Shown here: in pieces, positions 11,147-22,781 of the stretch
How positions within the stretch are numbered: position 1 is the first letter of the stretch
How the letters are laid out: every line of letters begins with the position of its first letter
Assembly (NCBI RefSeq): GCF_963921235.1
Contig: NC_086097.1
Coordinates: 34,102,001-34,166,000 of the forward strand
Direction of reading: 5' to 3'
DNA: 64,000 nt
Source: Mobula hypostoma
Lineage: Eukaryota
The notes under the pieces: model-generated
Database searches by the model: none
What the model was told of the DNA's origin: nothing
Seen by the model: only the letters and a program-made list of their open reading frames with translations
Program-made: the position numbers and the translations under genes

Positions 11147-14100
11147 TAGAAATACATTTCCAAGACCTTTGACAAACAATTAGTTAATAAAACCCATCAA
11201 AGCTTCCTGGAGGTCTCAGGATTAACTGTCTGCAGCCTACTTGTCCCTAGGAATCTACTCTGCCTCATGGGATGCCTATTGGTCCAGCTCATCGAGTCCT
11301 CTATATCTGTCCTCCATGTGACTGGGATGAGAACTTAGACGCTGGATCCAGCATGATCTAAGCCAAGATGAGTCTAAGTGATGTTACTGGGGAACTAAGT
11401 TATTTTTGAATTGTTTCTATTTAGTGACCACATTACAGAAGACCGACACAAACAAGCAACTTTACTTTGGGTTGTCTGCAAACCCGAGATGCATTGTCAA
11501 CTTTAAAGTTGTGAAGGGCTCACTTTAAATCAAATGTTTTACCACTTCCCTCGATACTGTGAATAAACGAGGACGATTGCTTTCTGTTAAACAATTTGAA
11601 ATGTAATGATAATTGCAGAATTATACATAGGACAATGAAATAATTTCTTGATATTTATATGCCTTCAATCACCAGCAGAAATGTAGGAGAGAACTGTCCA
11701 CTGATTATATCGCCTCCCCATAGCATTGCATACCCGCTTTTGTCACTGGCAAAGCAAATTTTCCCATCATAATATGGGCAGAACTGTAGGGACAACATCT
11801 GGGTAGATGATTTGTCGATCCAAGTTATAGTGGTTGTGTTTATGTTTGCCTCATGATCAATAATATTGGTTTAAATTTATTAATTCAATCTAAATTATAC
11901 ACATCGCATCAAGTTGTTAGCCATATTGCCTCATAAAGTCACAATAAACAAGAATCCTTTGGGAATATCTATGAGATTAGCCACTTCTAGGTATAAATAA
12001 ATTTTCCTAGAGTTTTGAAATTAAAAATGAATCTTTCCAATCAATCTTTAAAATCCAATTATAACTGAAGCGGCCCAGAACCAAATATGTAACTCTATGT
12101 AATTCCCTTATCAAGTTACTAAAAGTGGTTACCTCATTAAAACTTGTTCTAATATATGGCAGAGAGATCATACTTTCTAAGATTATAACTAGTTCAATCT
12201 AAATTCCTTGAAGTAGTTGGAATTTCAGAGTCAGTATTACAGCTAGTTACTCAATGTTTGGAACTTCACTTCCTCCAGTTAAAAAATATCAAAGTTTCTT
12301 TTATTGTGTAAGTTATGAGTTGATGGAACCTGCAGTGGAGTCTTAAAATGCCGCTCAGTCTACTGAGTAGACTATACTGCAGCCACAAAACAAGTTTCAT
12401 GATATGTATCAGTGATAAGAAACCTGATTCTGACATATATTGTTGCCCTCTCAATATCTTCAGTACTGATTCAGCCTGGTTGTTCTAGTATCTTGTCATT
12501 CTGACTTTCACTATGAGCATGGCTGGTCCTCTGTCTCAATACTACGTATATTCCCATGCTCTCTCCACACCCCCTCATGCATTTGTGCCCAGAAATGACA
12601 CAGAACACGGTCCTTCAACCCAACTTGGCAAGGCCAATCAAGATGCTATCTATACAAATCCCATTTGCCTGCAGTTGGCCTCATCTTTATAAGCCTTTCC
12701 TGTCCATGTAACCATTTAAGTGGCTCTACCACTTCCTCTGAAAGTGGAGTCAGAAGTAGACAGGATGGTGAAGGAGGCTTTTGGCACAACGTCTTCCCTA
12801 AGTCAAGGCACTGAGTATAAAAGTTGGCAGGTCATGGTGCAGTTAGGAGTATTCTGTTCAGTTTTGGTTGCCCTGCGATAGAAACGATGTTATTAAACTG
12901 TAAAGTGTGTAGAAAATACTTACGAGGATGATGCCAAAGTTACAGGGGGAGGTTGGACAGAGCCATAGAGCCATAGGGCATTATAGCACAGAAACAGGCC
13001 CTACGGCCCATCCAGTCCATGCCAAATCATTAATCTGCCCAGTCCCATTAACCTATACCTGGACCATAGCCCTACAGACCACTCCCATCCATGCATCTAT
13101 CCAAATTCCTCAGAAATGTTTAAATCAAACGTGCACCCACCACTTCTACTGGCAGCTTGTTCCACACTCTCACTGTGCTCCGAGTGACGAAGTCCCCCTC
13201 ATGTTCTCCTTAAACGTTTCACCTTTTAACTCACCATGTTAACCCATGATCTCTAGTCTGAGTCTCACCCAACCTCAGTAGAAAAAGCCTACTTGCATTT
13301 ACCCTATCTATACCCCTCGATCAAATCTCCCCTCATTCTCCAACCCTCCGGGAAATAAATTCCTAATCTATTTATTCTTTTCCTATAACTCAGGTCCTCA
13401 AGTCTCAGCAACATCATTGTAAAATTTCTCCGCACTCTTTTAATCTTATTTACAACTTTCCTGGAGGTAGGTGACAAAAAATGGATACAATACTCCAAAT
13501 TAGGCCTCACTAATGTCTTATACAATTTCAACATAACATCCCTACTCTTGTACTCAATACATTGATTTATGAAGGCCAGTGTACTAAAAGCTTTCTTTAC
13601 GACCCTATCTACATGTGACATCATTTTCAAGGTAACTGTATTCCCAGATTCCTCTGTTCTACTACACACCTCAGTGCCCTACAGCGCATCATGTAAGACC
13701 TACCCTGGTTTTTGTTCACAAAGTGCAACACCTCACACTTGTCTGCATTAAACTTCATCTGCCATTTTTCAGTCCATTTTACCAGCTGGTCCAGATCCTG
13801 CTGCAAGCCCTGATAGTCTTTCTCGCTATTCACTACAACGCCAGTGTTGGCGTCATCCACAAACTTGCTGATCCAGTTTACCATTTTCTTATCCAGATTG
13901 TTGATACAGTTGACAAATGGACCTGGCACTGATGCCTGTGGTACGTCACAAGTCACAGGCCTCCAGTCAGAGAGCAAATCAACTACTACCAATGTCTGGT
14001 TTCTCCCACAAAGCCAATGTCAAATCCAATTTACTACTTCATCTTGAATACCAAGCAACTGAACCTTCTTGACCAACTTCCCATGTGGGACCTTGTCAAA

Positions 14101-14918
14101 GGTCTTGCTGAAGTCCATATAGACAACATCCTCCGCTTTGCCTTCCTCAACTTTCCTGGTAACTTCCTCAAAAAACTATAAGATTGATTAGATACAGCCT
14201 ACCAAGCACAAAGCCATGTTGACTATTCCTAATCAGTCCCTGTCTATCCAAATACAGTGTATTCCTGTTAATTGGGAAACATTGGGACCAGTACATTTTG
14301 GCCCATGTAAGTGGCAGTCTCAATTAACCGAAGTTTTATGGAAATAGTCAAAAAGATATAAAAAAGACAAACTGAGTAACAAATTATGTATTTAAATGAA
14401 ACACAGATCAAATTAGAACACTACAAATGGTATTACAGTGCTATAAAACTCTGTTATCAAAAGAGGAATTCACTCAGTGAACACAGTAAACAAAATTAGT
14501 GCAGACACTTAGTGTAGATAATGAACTGGCCATCGACAATTGCGTACTCCAAATCTTCATTTCATTGCAACATTCAAGATGATGTATCGATAGTTTCAAA
14601 TTCTTTGTAGTTCCTAACTTGTTGAAGTACTGAAATTGTTTCAATTTCACACCCGCCCATTTCACGCATCTCTCATCCTGAATGCTTTAGACTGTAGTGA
14701 ACGAAACAGTTTTGAATCGTTTTACAGCTTATATCTTGCAAACTATCAGTGACAAAAATCACTGCTTTTTGAACACAAACACATGCAACTGACACTACTT
14801 TACAAACTGTTTGCTTTAAGCATGGGTAGTGTCTGCTGCCACTTCAGTGGCACAATCTCCAAATATCTTCTTGATTTGTTTTTGATCTTTAAGAGTTGTC
14901 TCCTATAATCAGCTGCCC

Positions 14919-15090
14919 CGTACTGTATGGGTCTATTTCTTTTAGCACAGTGCCTCCCCTTAGCACTGATTATGGACTGATAATTATGCATATGCATTGA
15001 TCTCTCTCCTCAATGTGAATATACTAATTAAATCCATCTCCGCATGGGTGTCTTTATTTAATTGTTTTGTATTTGCGCAGAGACACAACA
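14919..15090 (+). repeat. 5' LTR
   Basis: (C)GTACTGTATGG...GACACAACA aligns with 22588-22781. Confidence 0.85.
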
Positions 15091-15897
15091 AATTGGTGAC
15101 AAATAGGAACCTGAATGTCAGAGAATATCACCAACTGCACCGACAGTTATTAGATCACAGACTTCGGAGGAAGGGAAAGAGACAGTGGGAGGAAAGGGTT
15201 AAACAGTATGGAGTAGGCCGTCACGGACGCTAACAAAGGGACGTGTGGGTAATAGTGCACAGTGTACAGTGAGAGACGCACAACCAGCAATGTTAAAGTG
15301 AAAATAACGTTACGATGGCCTTAGTTGATGAATTTGATAGTGCTAATGAGGACTGGGGATCGTATACTGAGAGGGTTGAACTGTAGTGTAACATGAACAA
15401 TGTGGATGAGAAAAAGAAAACCTCTTGGCTTAATGGGTGCTAGAACATACAGGCTCTTATGCAACCTAGTAACTCCTGAAAAGCCAGCAAGACATTTGAT
15501 GAAATTGTTACAATTATACAAAATCATCTGAGCCCTAAACCGCTGGCAATAGCTGAGAGATCTAGATTTCACAAAAGGTACCAGTCAAGGATGGGAGCAT
15601 TTCTAAATACATTGCAGAAGTGCACAAGCTTTCCCAATACCGTGACTTCAGAGATAGACTTTCTGATGCCTTAAGGGATGGGCTTGTATGTGGCATGGAT
15701 AGTCAAAGCACTCAAAAGGGGCTACTGTTGGAAAGAGACCTAACCTTAGAATGGGCATTAATCATCGCAGTATCGTTAGGGACTGCAGCAAAGGATGCAT
15801 CAGAACTACAGGAAAAGAGTTTAGAATGTGAAATGCACAAAATGTCCCAGAATGGTGCAAAAAGTCAAATCTTCCTGTGATGCAAATGACTATTGGT

Positions 15898-16440
15898 CAC
15901 ATGGGAGGGTGGAGCTTAGTCATGATGGCGCTAAACGGCGACTCCTCTGCTTGCATCTTCAGAAATAGCTCTATTTCCAACTTTAATAGCTCTATTTTTC
16001 CCTTTCAGGGTTCTTTTGAAGACCCTGACCTGGAGTTACACGCTGACTTCAGTTCTTTGTGGGAATGTGACCGGCTCTCGGGTTTCACGACTGGCCATTA
16101 TTTGACATGCCGAGGACGCGGCCTAAGGGCTTCGATTGCCTTTGGAGGTCTGAGAATTCGTGGCTCCTTAGATGGGTGGAACGAAGGTTGGTGTCCAGGC
16201 CAGGCCAGGGAGATTGGTGTGTTGTAGGAGTCGGAAGACCTACGGCTGTGTGCCCAGAGACCTGAGATCTTTGGACACAGTGGTGAGCTGGGTGGGGGGT
16301 TCTTTGGGGTTCTAATATTTAACTGTCATTCATTCTTTGGGGTCACTCCTCTATTTTTGTGGATGTTTGCGAAGAAAAAGCATTTCAAGATGTATATTGT
16401 ATACATTTCTCTGACATTAAATGTACCTTTGAAACCTTTG
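15898..16440 (+). mobile_element. Short non-coding retroposon inserted in the Gypsy gag zinc-knuckle region
   Basis: GGGAGGG...GATGGCG head and ATTAAATGT(ACCTTTGAA)2 tail; separates gag DANDYW from EKVCSKCHRQG. Confidence 0.65.
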
Positions 16441-17055
16441 AAGAAAAAGTTTGCAGCAAGTGTCACAGACAAGGCCAACACAGAGAAAGCATGCAAGTCA
16501 GACAAAAAGACAGACAACCATAGAGAAAAACCGCACAGAGTGAAAAGTTTCAAACGCAGACAGTAGGCAAAGAATGGTTTTAGACGGGTCATATTCTGCA
16601 TGGAGGCCGGTGACCAGTGGTGTGCCTCAGGGATCTGTTCTGGGACCCCTACTCTTTGTGATTTTTATATATGACCTGGATGAGGAAGTAGAGGGATGGG
16701 TTAGTAAATTTGCTGATGACACAAAGGTTGAGGGTCTTGTGGATAGTGTGGAGGGCTGTCAGAGGTTACAATGGGACATTGATAGGATGCAAAACTGGGC
16801 TGAGAAGTGGCAGATGGAGTTTAACCCAGATAAGTGTGAGGTGGTTCATTTTAGTAGGTCAAATATGATGGCAGAATATAGCAGTAATGGTAAGACTCTT
16901 GGCAGTGTGGAGGATCAGAGGGATTTTGGGGTCAGAGTCCATAGGACACTCAAAGCTGTACTCAGGTTGACTCTGCGGTTAAGAAGGCATATGGTGCACT
17001 GCCCTTCATCAGTCATGGGATTGAGTTTAAGAGTCCAGAGGTAATGTTGCAACTA

Positions 17056-18694
17056 CAGTTGAAGTCAGAAGTTTACAAACACCTTAGCCAAATACATTTA
17101 AACTCAGTTTTTCACAATTCCTGACATTTAATCCTAGAAAACATTCCCTGTCTTAGGTCAGTTAGGATCACTACTCTATTTTAAGAATGTGAAATGTCAG
17201 AATAATAGTAGAGAGAATGATTTATTTCAGCTTTTATTTCTTTCATCACTTTCCCAGTGGGTCAGAAGTTTACATACACTTTGTTAATATTTGGTAGCGT
17301 TGCCTTTAAATTGTTTAACTTGGGTCAAACGTTTTGTGTTGCCTTCCACAAGCTTCTCACAGTAAGTTGCTGGAATTTTGTTCCATTCCTCCAGACAGAA
17401 CTGGTGTAACTGAGTCATGTTTGTAGGCCTCCTTGCTCGCACATGCTTTTTCAATTCTGCCCACAAATTTTCCATCGGATTGAGGTTGGGGCTGTGTGAT
17501 GGCCATTCCAATACCTTAACTTTGTTGTCCTTAAGCAATTTTGCCACAACTTTGGAGGTATGCTTGGGGTCATTGTCCATTTGGAAGATCCATTTGCAAC
17601 CAAGTTTTAATTTCCTGTCTGATTTCTTGAGATGTTGCTTCAATATATCCACATTATTTTCCTTCCTCATGATGCCATCTATTTTGTGAAGTGCTCCAGT
17701 ACTTCCTGCAGCAAAACACCCCCACAACATGATGCTGTCTCCCCCATGCTTCACGGCTGGGGTGGTGTTCTTTGGCTTGCAAGCCTCACCCGTTTTCCTC
17801 CAAACATAACGATGGTCATTATGGCCAAACAGTTCAATTTTTGTTTCATCAGACCAGAGGACATTTCTCCAAGAAGTAAGATCTTTGTCTCCATGTGCAC
17901 TTGCAAACTGTAGTTTGGCTTTTTTATGGCAGTTTTGGAGCAGTGGCTTCTTCCTTGCTGAGCAGCCTTTCAGGTTATGTCGATATAGGACTCGTTTTAC
18001 TGTGGATATAGATACTTCCCTAACTGTTTCCTCCAGCATCTTCACAAGGTCCTTTGCTGTTGTTCTGGGATTGATTTGCACTTTTCGCGCCAAAGTACGT
18101 TCATCTCTAGGAGACAGAATGCGTCTCCTTCCTGAGCGGTATGACGGCTGCATGGTCCCATGGTGTTTATACTCGCGTACTATTGTTTGTACAGATGAAC
18201 ATGGTACCTTCAGGTGTTTGGAAATTGCTCCCAAGCATGAACCAGACTCGACATCATTTCCTGACCTCAATCTGATAGAAAATGTGTGGGCAGAGCTGAA
18301 AAAGCGTGTGCGTGCAAGGAGGCCTACAAACATGACTCAGTTACACCAGTTCTGTCTGGAGGAATGGAACAAAATTCCAGCAACTTACTGTGAGAAGCTT
18401 GTGGAAGGCAATCCAAAACATTTGATCCAAGTTAAACAATTTAAAGGCAACGCTACCAAATACTAACAAAGTGTATGTAAACTTCTGACCCACTGGGAAA
18501 GTGATGAAAGAAATAAAAGCTGAAATAAATCATTCTCTCTACTATTATTCTGACATTTCACATTCTTAAAATAAAGTAGTGATCCTAACTGACCTAAGAC
18601 AGGGAATGTTTTCTAGGATTAAATGTCAGGAATTGTGAAAAATTGAGTTTAAATGTATTTGGCTAAGGTGTATGTAAACTTCTGACTTCAACTG
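17056..18694 (-). mobile_element. Sleeping Beauty-subfamily Tc1 element with two right arms
   Basis: TA|CAGTTGAAGTCAGAAGTTTACA...TGTAAACTTCTGACTTCAACTG|TA; inner DR GTCAGAAGTTTACATACAC; the inverted repeats 17056-17490 and 18260-18694 both include the transposase 3' end. Confidence 0.95.
17284..18333 (-). CDS. Tc1 DD34E transposase ORF, 349 aa, with a replaced N-terminus
   Basis: Uninterrupted ORF with GRRR linker, WSDETK and MDND...34 aa...E, ending KGNATKY. The first 29 aa derive from the antisense strand of the duplicated arm plus filler. Expression unknown. Confidence 0.8.
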   Translation of the reverse strand: MFVGLLARTRFFSSAHTFSIRLRSGNDVESGSCLGAISKHLKVPCSSVQTIVREYKHHGTMQPSYRSGRRRILSPRDERTLARKVQINPRTTAKDLVKMLEETVREVSISTVKRVLYRHNLKGCSARKKPLLQNCHKKAKLQFASAHGDKDLTSWRNVLWSDETKIELFGHNDHRYVWRKTGEACKPKNTTPAVKHGGDSIMLWGCFAAGSTGALHKIDGIMRKENNVDILKQHLKKSDRKLKLGCKWIFQMDNDPKHTSKVVAKLLKDNKVKVLEWPSHSPNLNPMENLWAELKKHVRARRPTNMTQLHQFCLEEWNKIPATYCEKLVEGNTKRLTQVKQFKGNATKY

Positions 18695-21600
18695 TATATC
18701 GGACCCTGGTCAGACCCCACTTGGAGTACTGTGCTCAATTCTGGTTGCCTCACTACAGGAAGGACATGGAAACCATAGAAAGGGTGCAGAGGAGATTTAC
18801 AAGGATGTTGCCTGGATTGGGGAGCATGTCTTATGAGTTATAGGTAGAGTGAACTCGGCCTTTTCTCCTTGGAGCGATGGAGGATGAGAGGTGACCTGAT
18901 AGAGGTGTTCAAGATAATGAAAGCCATTGATCATGTGGATAGTGAGGCTTTTTCCCAGAGCTGAAATGGCTAGCACGAGAGGGCATAGTTTTAAGGTGTT
19001 TGGAAGTAGGTACAGAGGAGATATCAGGGGTAAGTATTTTTACCCAGAGAGTGGTGAGTACGTGGAATGGGCTGCCGGTGGCGGCAGTGGAGGTGGAAGT
19101 GATAGGGTCTTTTTAGAGACTCCTGGATGGACACATGGAGCTTAGAAAAATAGAGGGCTATGCGTAAAGCCCAGGTAGTTCTAAGGTAAGGACATGTTCG
19201 GCACAGTTTTGTGGGCCGAAGGGCCTGTATTGTGCTGTAGGTTTTTATATGTTTCTATGTTTTTCTATGTTTCTATGTCTCACAAAACTAAATAAATCCA
19301 CAAAGTGACTGAATCTGAAAGTGAATCTGACAACACAGAGTCTGACAAAGGCCTAAAACTGCATAGCATTACTGAAGCAGGTTGCAAAATCATATGGATC
19401 ACAATAGCCATGTCTGGTGTAAAACTGAAAGTAGAGCTGGATACAGGATCGGCTTTGCTTGTAATTTCTGAGACAGACTACAACAGACTGTTTTCTAAGC
19501 TACCATAAGAAAAGACTTCCGTGACACTAAAGACCTATGGAGGTGAGAAGGTGTCTTCGAAAGGCAAACTCTCAGTGAATATGATGTGTGGAGGCAAAAG
19601 ACAGCAGTTAGTGCTTTCTGTGCTGAAAAGCAGAGGGCCAGCACTTTTTGGATGTAAATGGTTGAGAAAAATTCAACTAGACTGGCACACTATCAAAGCT
19701 CTCCGTCTGGCATCAACCAGCAACTGCAGTTCCAATGGCTACCCTAACCAGAGATTATCACAGCTGCTTAATCCTGCTGAGAAGGTGTTTAAGAAGGGTA
19801 TTGGTAAACTCAAAATTGAACTGGATGAAGCAACAACACCAAGATCCATGAAGCATGTCAGTGCCTTATGCACTATGTTCTAAGGTGGATGCTGAACTTT
19901 AGAGCTTGGAGGTATCTGGAATTCTCACTAAGCTTGTGTGGAGCGATTGGGCCACGCCCATTGTCCCAGTGATCAGAAAAGGGAAGGTCAGAGCTCTTCA
20001 CATATGTGGGCACTCCAAAATGAGCATCAACCCTGCACAGTATCCCCTGTCACAAACAGAAGACATCTTTGCATCTTTGGCAGACGGGGAGAGGATTTCA
20101 AAGATTGACTTGTCACAAGCCTAACTGCAAATGGAGATCGAGGAGTCAAGCAGGAAGTTCCTCAAAATCAACACTCACAAGGGACTGTTCCAGTATAACC
20201 ATCTTGTCTTTGGCGTCACATCAGCTCCAGCAATTTGGTGAAAAAGTAATGAATCAAGTGCTCCAAGGTATCCCAGGAATACAATATTATCTTGATGACA
20301 TCATCGTGACGGGCAAAGAAGTGATGAAGAGCATCTCCATTTCCTTGGTAAACTGCTTACTAGGCTGAGTGAGCATGGCCTGAGCACAAAGAGAGAGAAC
20401 TGAGATTTTCAAGAATGAAATCTCATATTGTAGACATGTCATTGACAAGCGTGGCTTACATAAGACACAAGAGAAGATTGAAGCAGTGCTACAGGCACCC
20501 AAACCAGAAAATCAGTCACAACTCAGGTCATACGTGAGCCTTGTAAACTACTACCACCAGTTTCTCTCAAACATTGCTACAGCACTGCATCCATTGAATG
20601 CACTGTTACAAACAGGAGCAAAGTGGGAATAGTTAGAAAGATGTAAAAGAGCATTCGAGGAAACAAGGACTGATAGTATCAAATGAACTACTCATCTATT
20701 ATGACTCACCCTGCCCATCAGACTGGTGTGCGATGATTCCCCTTATGGCATTGGAGCTGTTTTGTCACACATTATGAAAGATGGATCTGAATGTCTTTGC
20801 TTCAAGTCACTGATGAGTGCAGAGTACAACTATTCAGAGATTGACCGAGTGGCCCTCAGTTTACTATGGGGAATAAAGAAGTTCCACCACTACCTCTACG
20901 GACAAACGTTTACACAAATGACAGATCACCAGCCCCTTGTGTACATTTTCAAGGGAAGGGAATCCCTGTGAAGTCTGCTACCTGGTTGCAATGTTGGGCA
21001 CTTTTTCTAGGAGCCCACTCTTATGACATAGAGTTCAAGGGTACCAAACAACACAGCAAAGCTGACGGCTTGTCACATTTTCCGCTATCAGCAATTGAAG
21101 AAGAAAAGTCCTCATACTGTGACCCAGCAGAAGTGTTCCACACAGCATTGGTGGACCATTTGCTAGTAACAAATTCTGAAATACAAAGAAAAACAAGGAA
21201 TGACGCGACAATGTCAAAAGTCTATGACATCACCATGGCCAGCTCATGGTAACCCTATGTTTCCAGAGTTCTCAGCGAGACGAGACCAACTGTCAGTATG
21301 CCAAAGAACACTGATGTGTGGATCTCACGTTGTGGCGCCCTCTAAACTGCACACCAGAGTGTTAGAGAATCTGCATGAAGGACACGTGGGTACAGTTAGG
21401 GTGGAGAGTCTTGCCAGGAGCTACATGTGGTGGCTGGGAATAGATAAACAGATTGGAGGCTTGACCAAGAACTGTTTAGGATGCCACAAAGTTCAAAACG
21501 CACCCCCACAGGCACTGTCACACCTGTGGGAGTGGCTGTCTTCACCAAGGCAAAGAGTACGTATTGACTTTGCTGGGCTATTCATGTTTCTGATTGCTGT

Positions 21601-22587
21601 GGATTGCTGTGGATGCTCATTCAAAGTGGCCTGGGGTCATACCACTGAAGCGAACCGCATCTGAAAAGACAGCTTCTGCTCTGAGAATTACCTTCACCAG
21701 AAATGGCTTATCAAAACAAATTGAATGACAGCAGACCACAATACACGTCAGAAGAGTTTAGACTATTGATGAAGAAAAACGGCATCAGACATTTCAAGCC
21801 AGCTCCTCACCACCCAGCAACGAATGGGTAGCTGAAAGTTTTGTCCAAACCTTCAGGAAGTCCACTAAAGCAATGGACAAAGAGGGCATATCTCTATAGC
21901 ACAAAATGGACAACTTCCTTTTAGTGTATCAGACCTCTGTTCATGCGACAACAAATCAAACACCTCCAATGCTGTTCATGAGCAGGAATCTGAGATCTCG
22001 CATAGACCTCCTGAAACCAGATCTATGGAGGGAAGTACAGAATAAACAATTCAGCCAGTTGCCAAGTGAATCAGCGAGATGCTTCAAGATTGGACAGGAA
22101 GTCCTAGCGTGTGATTACCGAGAAGACAAGTGGACACCCAGTAGGACAGCTACAAGAACTGGACCACTGATCTACGCAGTGGATGTTGGCGATCAGACAC
22201 GGGGACGTCATGTGAACCAGATACTGGATGTTCAACTGAAGAATACACCTGAATTGACTGGTTACCATTAAGCTGGACTCATTACAGCTACTGGAGTTAC
22301 CTCTCAGTAATGATCATGTCACTAACAGCAATGTGACACCTACAACAGAGAAAGTTGTCTTTGACACCACACCTGCCCAACCAGATGCCACTCCACAGGT
22401 CCAAAGGTTTTATCCTGAAAGAAATAGAGCAGCACCCAAAAGACTGAATCTTTAGTATAGTGAAGTTAGTTATGGACTGTTATTGTGAAAGCATGTTTAT
22501 TTGAATATAGGTTGTTAAAGGGAAATGTAATATTTTGTTACATACTGTATACAGTTTTATGTTTTGTTAATCTAAAGGGAGCGGAAG

Positions 22588-22781
22588 TGTAAAGTATGGA
22601 TCGATTTCTTTAGCACAATGACTTCCTTTAGTACTGATTACTGACTGATAGCGACACATGTGCATTGATCTGTTGTCTACGCATGTGCATCTCTTTCTCT
22701 CTGCAATGTGAATATACCAGTTAAAGTCACCTCCCCAGGCGTGCCTTTATTTAGTTGATATGTAGCTGCACAGACACAACA
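22588..22781 (+). repeat. 3' LTR
   Basis: TGT...ACA termini, directly after the PPT; ~22 bp longer than the 5' LTR. Confidence 0.85.

Larger units (their letters stand above)
16553..19278 (+). mobile_element. 5'-truncated CR1 inside the Gypsy, split by Tc1
   Basis: [14 protein letters not shown] and SKFADDTK; the [16 protein letters not shown] frame rejoins across the Tc1; (TTTCTATG)n tail ending ~19278. Confidence 0.92.
14919..22781 (+). mobile_element. Complete but decayed Ty3/Gypsy LTR retrotransposon
   Basis: GCCC TSD (14915-18 and 22782-85); PBS-like AATTGGTGAC after the 5' LTR; PPT AAAGGGAGCGGAAG before the 3' LTR. Gag LRDGLVCG, protease ELDTG, RT WATPIVPV/KIDLSQA/YLDD, RNase H DDSPYGIGAVLSH/TDHQPL, then integrase LHEGHVG...CLGC and RIDFAG (Gypsy domain order). 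Confidence 0.93.

Noticed and set aside
17885..18466. 193-aa plus-strand ORF ending KGNATKY as a second transposase gene
   Set aside because: It is mostly the antisense frame of the transposase running into the duplicated 3' arm, and lacks both catalytic aspartates.
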